Under the pieces are notes generated by a model. That model made no database searches, had not been told where the DNA came from, and was given only the letters and a program-made list of their open reading frames with translations. A stretch of DNA of 64,000 bases from Pyrinomonadaceae bacterium. Its GTDB lineage: Bacteria > Acidobacteriota > Blastocatellia > Pyrinomonadales > Pyrinomonadaceae. The translations under genes were made by a program, and so were the position numbers. The stretch spans positions 186,222 to 250,221 of the forward strand of contig DATMVD010000010.1 of assembly GCA_035563535.1 (NCBI GenBank), written 5' to 3'. Shown here piece by piece: positions 12,932-21,826 of this stretch. The first letter of the stretch is position 1. The number at the start of each line of letters is the position of its first letter.

Positions 12932-13870
12932 CTAGCACCTCACGCGCAACGCGCCCGGCAACAACTCGAACTCGGCGGGCAGGCGTCCGGCCAGCTCGCC
13001 GTCAACCTCTAATTTAACGACGGAGCCGTCGGCAGACTCGGCGCGGACGCGGCGGGCGTGTGCGTGGCGCACCTCCTGCATCCCGAGGTGCGTGCCGAGG
13101 TAGAGTTTGTATGAGTTGGCGAGCACGGTCAGCGCCGACACGTCGCCGACGGCGACCACGTCGAAGCGGCCGTCGTCCACCTTCGCGTCGGGCGCGATCT
13201 TCATCCCGCCGCCGAAGTAGCGCGCGTTGGCGACGCAGAAGTTGGCGACCGTCAGGTGCGTCTCCCTGCCTCCGTCGAGCGAGACGCGCACGCGAGGCTT
13301 CTCGAAGGTGGCGGCCGCCTGAAGGGCGGCGGCGGCGAAGGAGAGGCGGCCGCCGAGCAGTCGCGCGGCGCCCGCCGGCAGCCCCTCGCGCGACTTCACG
13401 CGCTTGATCACGTCGCCGCCCATGCCGAACGAGGCGACGTTGACGAAGAACCTCGACCCCTCCTCGCCCCGCTCGTTCGTGAACGTGACGCGCCCCGCGT
13501 CCATCACGCGCGTCGAGCCCTCGCGCAGAGCGCGCGCGGCGTCGGCTGCCCGCCGCGGGATGTCGAGCGTGCGCCGGAAGTCGCCGCCCGTCCCGCTCGG
13601 CAGGATGCCTAGTTCTGTTTCGGACTCCGCGCGCAGAATGCCATTCGCGACCTCGCTGATCGTGCCGTCGCCGCCGCAGGCGATGACGAACGGGCGGCCC
13701 GCGCGCGCCTCGCGCTCACCGATCTCGACGGCCTCGCCCGGCCTCTCGGTGAAGGCCGCCTCGAACGGGCCGAAGTGCTGCCGCACGGCGGAGGCCACGC
13801 CCGGCCAGGCCCTGCCCGTCGCGCCCGACGCCGACGCCGGGTTAACTATGATGAGTGGGAGCGAAGACAT
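12932..13870 (-). CDS. Diacylglycerol-kinase catalytic-domain lipid kinase (YegS/BmrU family)
   Basis: 312 aa with FVIACGGDGTISEVANG (GGDG motif). DAGK_cat-like. Confidence 0.8.
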   Translation of the reverse strand: MSSLPLIIVNPASASGATGRAWPGVASAVRQHFGPFEAAFTERPGEAVEIGEREARAGRPFVIACGGDGTISEVANGILRAESETELGILPSGTGGDFRRTLDIPRRAADAARALREGSTRVMDAGRVTFTNERGEEGSRFFVNVASFGMGGDVIKRVKSREGLPAGAARLLGGRLSFAAAALQAAATFEKPRVRVSLDGGRETHLTVANFCVANARYFGGGMKIAPDAKVDDGRFDVVAVGDVSALTVLANSYKLYLGTHLGMQEVRHAHARRVRAESADGSVVKLEVDGELAGRLPAEFELLPGALRVRC

Positions 13871-14759
13871 TTTCGACTGTCGGCTTTTGACTGAGGGCGA
13901 ACTGCGCGCGGTCTTGCTCGCCCAGCTCGGCGATCTTCGACATGACGAAGGCCGCTATCTCAAGGTAGGTGCGCGCCGAGTCGCGCCGCTCGTAGAAGTC
14001 GGAGAGGTCGATGGCCGGGCCGAAGCGCACGCGCACCGCCTCGCCCCCGCGCCAGTTCCCCAGCACCTGTTTCGGGAGGTCGTTGCCGAGCCCGGCGATG
14101 AAGACCGGGACGACCTGCGGGCGCGCGTCCTTAATCAGCTTGCCGACGCCGGGCTGCGGGCGGAGGTACGAGTACGGGTCGGAGCCCTTGTTGCGCGTGC
14201 CCTCGGGGTGGAAGCCGATGACGTTGCCCGCCCCCTCGCGGCACAGGTGCGCGAGGAGCCGCATCGAGAACCTGTCGAACTCGCGCTGCTCGGTCTTCGG
14301 GTTGTCGCCGCCCGCGAAGAAGGGCGGGAACATAGACCACCAGCCCATCAGGAGGTTGACGAGGAGGCCGCCGACCGTGTCGTAGAAGAAGCGCCCGCGC
14401 ACGGGGAAGAAGAGTTGCTTCCTCCACTTCGTCTTTCGGAAGAGCACGGTCGAGACGACGTACATGTCGAAGAACGAGCGGTGGTTGGCGACGAGCAGCA
14501 GCGGGCGCTCGCGCGAGACCGCCTCGACGTGTTCGAGCCCGCTCACTCTCATCAAATTGTAAGTCGAGACGTGAATCCAGCCCGCGCCGAGCGTCCGCTG
14601 GCAGAACGTCCAGAAGCGCTTCCAGGCCCCGCGGTTCATCCGCCATGTCAGGCGGAACGCGAACCGCTCGAACGGCGAGAGGACGGCCAACTCCTCGGCC
14701 GTCGGCACAGGGGCAGTCGTCTCCGCGGGGTTATCTGTCTCGGCGGTCGTTTCCATCAT
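13842..14759 (-). CDS. Lysophospholipid (1-acyl-glycerol-3-phosphate-type) acyltransferase, PlsC family. Start uncertain: MMETT at 14759 or the upstream M at 14801.
   Basis: Has HRSFFD (HX4D) and FHPEGTRN motifs. Its 3' end overlaps the lipid kinase start by 29 nt. Confidence 0.7.
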   Translation of the reverse strand: MMETTAETDNPAETTAPVPTAEELAVLSPFERFAFRLTWRMNRGAWKRFWTFCQRTLGAGWIHVSTYNLMRVSGLEHVEAVSRERPLLLVANHRSFFDMYVVSTVLFRKTKWRKQLFFPVRGRFFYDTVGGLLVNLLMGWWSMFPPFFAGGDNPKTEQREFDRFSMRLLAHLCREGAGNVIGFHPEGTRNKGSDPYSYLRPQPGVGKLIKDARPQVVPVFIAGLGNDLPKQVLGNWRGGEAVRVRFGPAIDLSDFYERRDSARTYLEIAAFVMSKIAELGEQDRAQFALSQKPTVENVFAPTHHS

Positions 14760-14814
14760 CGGCGAAGGATCAAAGTTAATCGACCGGGCGGAGTCGCGCA
14801 AGCGGGAACAGACA

Positions 14815-14905
14815 GGTCAGAACCACCCGCAGTAGCGGGTGGCCCTGTGCTAACCGAACGTGCCGGGTAACGAAGGGCCACCCGCTACCGCGGGTGGTTC
14901 TGACC
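14815..14905. repeat. Family-E palindromic element (GGTCAGAACCACCCGCAGTAGCGGGTGGCCC ... GGGCCACCCGCTACCGCGGGTGGTTCTGACC)
   Basis: 31-bp arms, each itself containing an internal palindrome. Lies between the metH stop and the acyltransferase start on the same strand. Confidence 0.8.
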
Positions 14906-14917
14906 GCTATAACGTCG

Positions 14918-17900
14918 TCAGTCTATCGAGAAATATTTCGCCTCCTCGTGGTGGACGATGATGGCGGAGGTGGACTGCTCGGGGACGAGCTGGAACTCTT
15001 CCGAAAGCTCGACACCGATGCGCTCGGGTTGGAGCAGCTCGAAGAGCTTGGTCTGGTCTTCGAGGTCGGGGCAGGCCGGGTAGCCGAAGCTGAAGCGCGA
15101 GCCCTGGTAGCCCTGGTGGAAGAGTTTCGCGAGTTCGGCGGCGTCGCGGCCGGCGATGCCGAGTTCTTCGCGGACGTGCTTGTGCCAGAGTTCGGCGAGC
15201 GCCTCGGCCGCCTCGACCGAGAGGCCGTGGAAGTAGAGGTAGTCGGAGTAGTTGTCCGTGCGAAACAGCTCGTGCGCGTACTCCGACGCGCGGCGGCCGA
15301 CCGTGACGAGCTGGAAGGCGACCACGTCCACGCGCCCCGACTCCTTCGAGGCGAAGAAGTCCGCGAGGCACAGCCGGCGGCCCCCGGGCTGGCGCGGGAA
15401 GGTGAAGCGCGTGCGCTCCGTGCGCCCGTCGTCGTGGTAGACGACGAGGTCGTTGCCTTCGGACTGGCAGGGGAAGTAGCCGTAAGTCACCTGCGGGACG
15501 AGCAGGTTCTCGCGCTCCGTTTGGAGCTTCAACTCGTCGTAGACGGGGCGCACCTTCTCCGCGACGAAGGCGCGGTACTCTTCCGCCGTCTTGCGCCCCT
15601 GCTTGAACTGCCACTGCCCCTTGAAGAGCGCCGTCTCGTTGACGAACCTGAAGACTCTTTCGAGCGGGACGTGCTCGACGACGCGCGAGCCGTAGAAGGG
15701 CGCGGTCGGAATCGGCGCGTTCGGGTTCACGTCCGAGCGCTCCGTGTGCGAGGCGGCCTCGCGCGACTTGAGCACGCCCCGAGGCCGCGCCCGCGCCGCA
15801 CGCACGCCGAGCTTCGCGTCCTCGCCGACAAGCTCCTCCGCGTCGTCGGACTCCGCATTGGTCGAGCCGTTCCCCGCCCCGGCCGCGGCCTTCGCCGCCT
15901 TCGGCGCGCCTTCGGCGTGCGCGCCCGAGCCGGTCAGCAAGTCCATCGTGTGCAGGCCGTCGAAGGCGTCGCGCGCGTAGAAGAGGCGGCCCTGGTAGAG
16001 CGACTCCAAGTCCTCCTCGACGTAACGCCGGGTCAGGGCCGCGCCGCCGAGCACGACGGGGACGTTGATGCCGCGCTCGTTCATCAGCTCAAGGTTCTCG
16101 CGCATGATGAGCGTGGACTTGACCAGCAGGCCGGACATGCCGATGGCGTCGGCCTTGTGCTCCTCGGACGACTGGAGGATGGCCTCGATGGGCTGCTTGA
16201 TGCCGAGGTTGACGACCTTGTAGCCGTTGTTCGTCAGGATGATGTCCACGAGGTTCTTGCCGATGTCGTGCACGTCGCCCTTGACCGTGGCGAGCACCAT
16301 CGTCCCCTTCGCCGTCGCGCCGCCCTTCTTCTCCATGAACGGTTCGAGGAAGCGCACCGCCGCCTTCATCACCTCGGCCGACTGCAAGACGAACGGCAAC
16401 TGCATCTGCCCGCTGCCGAAGAGTTCGCCGACCACCTTCATGCCGTCGAGCAGGATGTTGTTGATGATGTCGAGCGCGCTGTAGCTCTGGAGCGCGAGCT
16501 TGAGGTTGTCTTCGAGCCCTATCTTCTCGCCGTCGATGATGTGCTGCTTGAGGCGCTCCTCGACGGGCAGGTTGTCGTCAACCTTGTGCTCCTTCTTCGC
16601 CTTGACGCCCTCGAAGAGCTTCGTGAACTCTGCGAGCGGGTCGTAGGTGCACACGTCGCCCTCGAACTTCCGCTCGTCGTAGATGAGTTGGCGCGCCACC
16701 TCGCGCTCGCGCTCGGGGATGCGGTTGAGCGGGACGATCTTCGAGGCGTTGACGATGGCCGAGTCGAGCCCCGCCTCGACGGCCTCGTGCAGGAAGACGG
16801 AGTTGAGGACGACGCGCGAGGCGGCGTTCAGGCCGAACGAGATGTTCGAGACGCCGAGGATGGTGTAGCAGCCGGGCAGCTCCGACTTTATCCTCCGCAG
16901 CGCCTCGACGGTCTCGGCGGCGTTGCGGCGGTCTTCCTCGATGCCGGTCGAGATGGGCAGCGCCAGCGGGTCGAAGAAGATGTCGTGCGCCGGGAACCCG
17001 AGTTCCTTCGTCGCCTGCTCGTAGGCGCGCTTCGCCATCCTGAGCTTGCCCTCGGCCGTGCGCGCCATGCCCTCCTCGTCGATGGTTCCGACGACGACGG
17101 CCGCGCCGTACTCCTGAGCGAGCCCGACGACTTTCTTGAAGCGCGGCTCGCCGTCCTCGTAGTTCGTCGAGTTGAGGATCGACTTGCCGCCCGCGTGCTG
17201 GAGGCCGGCCTCCATCTTCTCCCACTCGGTCGAGTCGAACATGAGCGGGATGCGCACCTGCGTGACGAGGCGGGAGGCCAGCTCGTGCATGTCGCGGACG
17301 CCGTCGCGGCCGACGAAGTCCACGTTCACGTCGAGGACGTGCGCGCCCTCGCGCTCCTGCTCGCGCGCGAGCGAGACGAGGCCGTCCCAGTCCTCGGCGT
17401 TCAATAGGTCGCGCATCTTCTTCGAGCCCGAGGCGTTGACCCGCTCGCCGACGATGAGGAACGAGGCGTCCTGCACGTAGGGCTGCTGGACGTAGATGGA
17501 CGAGGCCGCGGGGAGCACCGAACCCCGGCGCCGCTTCGGCGTGAGGTTGCCGAGCCTTTCGACCAGCAGCCCGATGTGCGCGGGCGTCGTGCCGCAGCAG
17601 CCGCCGACGACGCTGGCGCCGAAGTCTTTCGCGAAGTGCTCGACCTGCGCGGCGAAACTCTCGGGCGTCTCATCGTAGTGCATCTTGCCGTCTTTAACTT
17701 CCGGCAGGCCGGCGTTCGGCAGCACGGAGACGGGCAGGCGCGCGTTCTCGCAGAGGTAGCGCAGGCTCTCGGTCATGTTGCGCGGCCCCGTGCCGCAGTT
17801 CATGCCGATGACGTCAATCGGGAAGGGCTCGAGCGCGGTGAGCGCGGCGCTGATCTCAGTGCCGGGCAGCATCGTGCCCCACGGCTCAATCGTCACCTGC

Positions 17901-18466
17901 GCGAAGACGGGCACGCGCGCGCCTCGGCGCTTGAACTCCTCGAAGATGGCCGCGAGCGTCGCCTTCGTCTGGAGCAAGTCCTGGCAGGTCTCGACGACGA
18001 GCAGGTCGCAGCCGCCGTCGAGCAGGCCGCGCGCCTGTACGGCGTAAGCCTCCTTCACCTGCCGGTAGGTGACGTGGCCGAGCGTGGGCGACTTCGTCCC
18101 CGGCCCCATCGAGCCGGCGACCCAGCGCGGGCGCTCGCGTGTCGAGAAGTCCGAGGCGATGCGTTTGGCGAGTTGCGCGGCCTTGACGTTGAGGTCGTAG
18201 GCCATGTGGCCGATGCCGTACTCGTCGAGGACGTAGGGGATGCCGCCGAACGAGTCGGTCTCGACCACGTCGCAGCCGGCCTCGAAGAAGTCCGCGTGGA
18301 CGCGCTCGACCGCCTCGGGCTTGCTGACGAGCAGGTACTCGGGGCAGCCCTCGAACTGCGCCCCGCCGTAGTCGTCCACCGACAGGTTCTGCACCTGTAA
18401 GTTCGTGCCCATCGCGCCGTCGAAGATGATGACGCGCTCGTTTAAGGTCTTCAGAAAATCGCTCAT
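14918..18466 (-). CDS. metH: Cobalamin-dependent methionine synthase
   Basis: 1182 aa from MSDFLKTLNERVIIFDGAMGT. Homocysteine-binding, pterin-binding, B12-binding (DVHDIGKN = DxHxxG) and AdoMet-activation domains are all present. The track ORF's extra 25 N-terminal residues were rejected. Confidence 0.9.
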   Translation of the reverse strand: MSDFLKTLNERVIIFDGAMGTNLQVQNLSVDDYGGAQFEGCPEYLLVSKPEAVERVHADFFEAGCDVVETDSFGGIPYVLDEYGIGHMAYDLNVKAAQLAKRIASDFSTRERPRWVAGSMGPGTKSPTLGHVTYRQVKEAYAVQARGLLDGGCDLLVVETCQDLLQTKATLAAIFEEFKRRGARVPVFAQVTIEPWGTMLPGTEISAALTALEPFPIDVIGMNCGTGPRNMTESLRYLCENARLPVSVLPNAGLPEVKDGKMHYDETPESFAAQVEHFAKDFGASVVGGCCGTTPAHIGLLVERLGNLTPKRRRGSVLPAASSIYVQQPYVQDASFLIVGERVNASGSKKMRDLLNAEDWDGLVSLAREQEREGAHVLDVNVDFVGRDGVRDMHELASRLVTQVRIPLMFDSTEWEKMEAGLQHAGGKSILNSTNYEDGEPRFKKVVGLAQEYGAAVVVGTIDEEGMARTAEGKLRMAKRAYEQATKELGFPAHDIFFDPLALPISTGIEEDRRNAAETVEALRRIKSELPGCYTILGVSNISFGLNAASRVVLNSVFLHEAVEAGLDSAIVNASKIVPLNRIPEREREVARQLIYDERKFEGDVCTYDPLAEFTKLFEGVKAKKEHKVDDNLPVEERLKQHIIDGEKIGLEDNLKLALQSYSALDIINNILLDGMKVVGELFGSGQMQLPFVLQSAEVMKAAVRFLEPFMEKKGGATAKGTMVLATVKGDVHDIGKNLVDIILTNNGYKVVNLGIKQPIEAILQSSEEHKADAIGMSGLLVKSTLIMRENLELMNERGINVPVVLGGAALTRRYVEEDLESLYQGRLFYARDAFDGLHTMDLLTGSGAHAEGAPKAAKAAAGAGNGSTNAESDDAEELVGEDAKLGVRAARARPRGVLKSREAASHTERSDVNPNAPIPTAPFYGSRVVEHVPLERVFRFVNETALFKGQWQFKQGRKTAEEYRAFVAEKVRPVYDELKLQTERENLLVPQVTYGYFPCQSEGNDLVVYHDDGRTERTRFTFPRQPGGRRLCLADFFASKESGRVDVVAFQLVTVGRRASEYAHELFRTDNYSDYLYFHGLSVEAAEALAELWHKHVREELGIAGRDAAELAKLFHQGYQGSRFSFGYPACPDLEDQTKLFELLQPERIGVELSEEFQLVPEQSTSAIIVHHEEAKYFSID

Positions 18467-18505
18467 CGGGTTCAGCCTTTCCGCCTGCGCGCTTCCCTCG
18501 CAAAG

Positions 18506-18541
18506 AGAAACCCCGCGCCGAACAACGCGGGGCTCACTCAC
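18506..18541 (-). terminator. Terminator/attenuator-like hairpin in the metH leader (GCCCCGCGUUGUUCGGCGCGGGG followed by UUUCUCUUU on the transcribed strand), about 40 nt upstream of the metH start
   Basis: GC stem CCCCGCG/CGCGGGG seen at 18518-18540 on the plus strand, followed on the minus strand by a U-rich run. Confidence 0.4.
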
Positions 18542-18741
18542 GAAAGCCTTTCTTTACGGGCCTCTTCAGGGGAAGCGCCCCGAGCTGTTTAGCGGTTTAT
18601 TTTACGTGGCCGCAAGTCGCCTTAACTCACCACGTTCGCCGAGCATTGAAACACCGCCTGCCGGACATGTCAAGGAAGCCGTCGGCGCGCCGGCGGGCTT
18701 CGGCGGCGGCGGCTCGTCCGACACGACCTTCGGCGTCGCGC

Positions 18742-19197
18742 CTACTTCGTGGGCCTCCTGAAGTCGCGGCGCAGGGCCTCGGCCACCTCCTCGGCGCGGC
18801 GCTTGGTCGGCTCCTGGAAGCTGAGCGGGTTGACAATGCGCTTGTGGCCGAAGTCCTTCGCCCAGACGACCTGCCCTTCGGGGGAGGTGAGCCGGACGGC
18901 GACCCGCGCCTCCGACTTGCGGTCGTAGGTGCGCACCGAGAGCGCGCCGCTCAGCACGGCGTCGGCGTCCTCGGGGCGGAGCACCACGTCGAAGCCCCGC
19001 TTGAGGAGCTGTTCTTCGAGCAGGAGGCGGAAGCGGTCGGCCTCGTCGGCGTTGCCCATGTCGCCGATGTAGATCTTCTGCACGGACGGCAGCGTCCCCA
19101 TCTTCCGGGGCCGGCTCTGGCCGGCGGCGGCCGCCGCCGTAAGTAGCAGGCAGAGCGTGGCGGCGGTGGTTATTTTCAGGTGCGAGCGTTTCATCAT
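18742..19197 (-). CDS. Secreted hypothetical protein (signal peptide KRSHLKITTAATLCLLLTAAAAAGQ)
   Basis: AAGGAG followed by three tandem ATG codons; the start was chosen at the second ATG (19197). About 151 aa with no recognised domain. Confidence 0.45.
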   Translation of the reverse strand: MMKRSHLKITTAATLCLLLTAAAAAGQSRPRKMGTLPSVQKIYIGDMGNADEADRFRLLLEEQLLKRGFDVVLRPEDADAVLSGALSVRTYDRKSEARVAVRLTSPEGQVVWAKDFGHKRIVNPLSFQEPTKRRAEEVAEALRRDFRRPTK

Positions 19198-19418
19198 CGT
19201 CATCTCCTTTCGTCCGCAAGAGCTTTGGGTCGAATCTTCACGGCGTGCGGGGCTTCGGGGCCTCCCCGGCGAAGTCTGGAAGTCGTTCAGCCCTTGGAAG
19301 GCGGCGGCGCGGCCGCGCGTTGGCCGGAATGTTTTGGAAACTTCTCGGCCGCGCGCTTTTGTGTTAACTTCGCCGCTGACATCCCCATCCTTCGCCCGCG
19401 GCCCGCAGCCCAACGCCT

Positions 19419-19913
19419 ATGCGACGCGCCATCTACCCCGGCTCCTTCGACCCCGTGACGAACGGCCACCTCGACATCATCGAGCGCGGCTCGAAGCTCT
19501 TCGACGAGATCATCATCGCCGTCCTCGTCAACCCGGAGAAGCGCGCGCTCTTCACGGTCGAGGAGCGGCGCGAGATGCTTGAAGAGGTCTTAAAGCTCGT
19601 CGAGTCGGGCGGCTGCCGCCTGCGCGTCGGCTCGTTCCAGGGCCTTCTGATGCGCTACGCCGTCGAGCAGCAGGCGCACGCCGTCGTGCGCGGCATCCGC
19701 GCCATCTCGGACTACGAGTACGAGTTGCAGATGGCTTTGATGAACCGGCGGCAGGAGCCCGCCATCGAGACCGTCTTCATGCTCGCGGCCGAGTCGTACT
19801 CGTACGTCAGCTCGCGCCTCGTCAAAGAGGTCTACTCGCTCGGCGGCACCATCGAGGGCTTAGTCCCCGCCGCCGTCGAGGAGCGCATGCGCGTCAAGCT
19901 CGGCAAAAAGTGA
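19419..19913 (+). CDS. coaD: Phosphopantetheine adenylyltransferase
   Basis: 164 aa with the PGSFDPVTNGHLDII motif. Similar to CoaD over its full length. Confidence 0.9.
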   Translation: MRRAIYPGSFDPVTNGHLDIIERGSKLFDEIIIAVLVNPEKRALFTVEERREMLEEVLKLVESGGCRLRVGSFQGLLMRYAVEQQAHAVVRGIRAISDYEYELQMALMNRRQEPAIETVFMLAAESYSYVSSRLVKEVYSLGGTIEGLVPAAVEERMRVKLGKK

Positions 19914-19992
19914 AAACGGCCCGCGCCCCCCGGTGCTATACTCACGCCCGAACCCCCCCCCAACACTTTCGACCGACACGGAGGAGCGAAGT

Positions 19993-20334
19993 ATGCCTAG
20001 AGGTGACAAGGGCGCCTACACAGACAAGCAGAAGCGGCAGGCCGAGCACATCGAGGAGGGCTACGAGGAGCGGGGCGTCTCGGAAGAGGAGGCCGAGCGG
20101 CGCGCCTGGGCCACGGTCAACAAGTCGTCGGGCGGCGGCAAGAAGAGCGGCTCGGGGCGCGGCAAGAAGGAGAACAAAGGCCCCGCCAAGAAAGGCGGCA
20201 AGAAGGGCGGCAAGGCTTCCAAGGGCGGCGCGAAGAAAGGCGCGAGTAAGAAGGGCGGAAGCAAGAAGGGCGGAGCGAAGAAGGGCGGCAGTAAGAAAGG
20301 CGGAAGCAAGAAGGGCAGTTCAAAGAAGCGCTGA
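19993..20334 (+). CDS. Small conserved protein with a KKGG-repeat basic tail (KGAYTDKQKRQAEHIEEGYEERG...AWATVNK family)
   Basis: ATG at 19993 lies 7 nt after GGAGGA. The track ORF is N-terminally extended. The C-terminal 60 aa are tandem KKGGS/KKGGA repeats. Confidence 0.55.
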   Translation: MPRGDKGAYTDKQKRQAEHIEEGYEERGVSEEEAERRAWATVNKSSGGGKKSGSGRGKKENKGPAKKGGKKGGKASKGGAKKGASKKGGSKKGGAKKGGSKKGGSKKGSSKKR

Positions 20335-20348
20335 CTCTCGACTCTGAT

Positions 20349-20423
20349 TTAACCACGGGGACACGGAGGCACAGCTTGAAGAGGATGACTCGACGGGCTG
20401 TGTCTCCGTGTCTCCGTGGTTAA
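20349..20423. repeat. 26-bp inverted repeat hairpin (TTAACCACGGGGACACGGAGGCACAG / CTGTGTCTCCGTGTCTCCGTGGTTAA), probably a terminator for the upstream small gene
   Basis: Seen directly. Two mismatches and a 23-nt loop, starting 15 nt after the stop codon. Confidence 0.65.
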
Positions 20424-20505
20424 TGTCTTGTACTGTTGCGCACGCACGTGAATGCGGATACCATCGCACCTTCGCTCGTCATAGTTCTGAACAGCAGGCA
20501 ACAGG

Positions 20506-21717
20506 ATGACAGAGACCGCAGTCAAAATCCCCTTCCCCGTCTCGCCGAACGTCGCGCGGATGCAGCCCTCCTCGACTCTGGCCGCGATGCAGGCGGCCAT
20601 CGCCCTGCGCCACGAGGGGCACGACGTGGTGGACTTCGGCCCCGGCGAGCCCGACTTCGACACGCCCGCGCACATCAAGGAGGCCGCCGCCCGCGCCATG
20701 CGCGACGGCCAGACCAAGTACACGCCGACGGGCGGGACGAAGAAGTTTCAGGAGTCGGTCGCCGCCTACTACGAGCGCGAGTTCGGCGCGCGGGTCAACC
20801 CCTCGGAGGTGACGGCGACCGCGGGCGGCAAGCAGGGCATCTTCAACGCCGTCGTCACGCTCTGCGGCCCCGGCGACGACGTGCTCATCCCGAAGCCCTA
20901 CTGGGTGACCTTCCCCGAGATCGCCACCTTCGCCGGCGCGCGCCCCGTCTTCGTTGAGACCGAGGAGACCGGCTTCCAACTGACGGCCGAGCAGGTCGAG
21001 GCGGCCATCACGCCGAACACCAGGCTCATCATCATCAACTCGCCCTCGAACCCCTCGGGGCGCGTCATCCCGCCCGCCGAGTTCGAGCGCATCCTGCGCG
21101 TCGCCGCCGAGCGCGGCGTCTACGCCGTCTCGGACGAGTGTTACTTAAAATTCGTCTACGAGCCGGCCGAGGTCTTCAGCGCGGCGACGCTCGACCGGAG
21201 CTTGCGCGAGCGGCTCTGCATCGCGGGCTCCTTCTCGAAGACCTACGCGATGACGGGCTGGCGCATCGGCTACACCATCGCGCCCGCCGAATGGACGCGC
21301 GAGATGGGGAAGGTGCAGAGCCACTCGACCAGCAACCCCAGCTCCATCTCGCAGGCCGCGGCCGTCGCCGCCTTCGAGTCGTCGCAGGAATGCGTCGGCG
21401 AGATGCTGGCCGAGTACCGCCGCCGCCGCGACTGGCTCATTGGCGCCATCGAAGAGATTCCCGGGCTGGGGTGCGCGACGCCCGAGGGAGCCTTCTACGT
21501 CTTCCCCTGCGTGCGCGGCTGCCTGGGCGGCGAGCTGAAGACCTCGGCCGACTTCGCCGACCGCCTCCTGCGCGAGGCGCACACCGTCGTCACCGACGGC
21601 GCGGGCTTCGGCTCCGAAGGCTACGTCCGCGTCTCCTACGCTACCTCGATGGAGAGGTTAGAGGAGGGCATCCGCCGCATCCGCCGGGTCGCGGAGAAGT
21701 ACGCGGAAGGAAAGTAG
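20506..21717 (+). CDS. Pyridoxal-phosphate-dependent aminotransferase class I (aspartate/aromatic aminotransferase type)
   Basis: 403 aa. Contains NSPSNPSG and SFSKTYAMTGWRIGY (PLP lysine). Confidence 0.85.
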   Translation: MTETAVKIPFPVSPNVARMQPSSTLAAMQAAIALRHEGHDVVDFGPGEPDFDTPAHIKEAAARAMRDGQTKYTPTGGTKKFQESVAAYYEREFGARVNPSEVTATAGGKQGIFNAVVTLCGPGDDVLIPKPYWVTFPEIATFAGARPVFVETEETGFQLTAEQVEAAITPNTRLIIINSPSNPSGRVIPPAEFERILRVAAERGVYAVSDECYLKFVYEPAEVFSAATLDRSLRERLCIAGSFSKTYAMTGWRIGYTIAPAEWTREMGKVQSHSTSNPSSISQAAAVAAFESSQECVGEMLAEYRRRRDWLIGAIEEIPGLGCATPEGAFYVFPCVRGCLGGELKTSADFADRLLREAHTVVTDGAGFGSEGYVRVSYATSMERLEEGIRRIRRVAEKYAEGK

Positions 21718-21826
21718 TCAGTAGTCAGTAGTCAGTAGAAAAGAAAGGGGCGGCGCGTCCGGTTGGCTACCGAGACGCGCCGCTTAGTTTTTCCTACTGA
21801 CTACTGTCTACTGACTACTGACTACT
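21714..21826. repeat. Family-B palindromic element (arms of tandem AGTAGTCAGTAG units, with a nested GC hairpin in the loop)
   Basis: Left arm AGTAGTCAGTAGTCAGTAGTCAGTAG and right arm CTACTGACTACTGTCTACTGACTACTGACTACT. Overlaps the stop codons of the convergent aminotransferase and TonB-C genes. Confidence 0.8.

Noticed and set aside
14894-17407. 837-aa plus-strand ORF, and other long plus-strand ORFs at 17576-18400
   Set aside because: Lie entirely antisense to metH, whose domains are unambiguous. A high-GC frame artefact.
19933-19992. 20-aa N-terminal extension (MLYSRPNPPPTLSTDTEERS) of the small KKGG-tail protein
   Set aside because: A strong Shine-Dalgarno and ATG at 19993 begin the conserved N-terminal module. 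The extension has no support.
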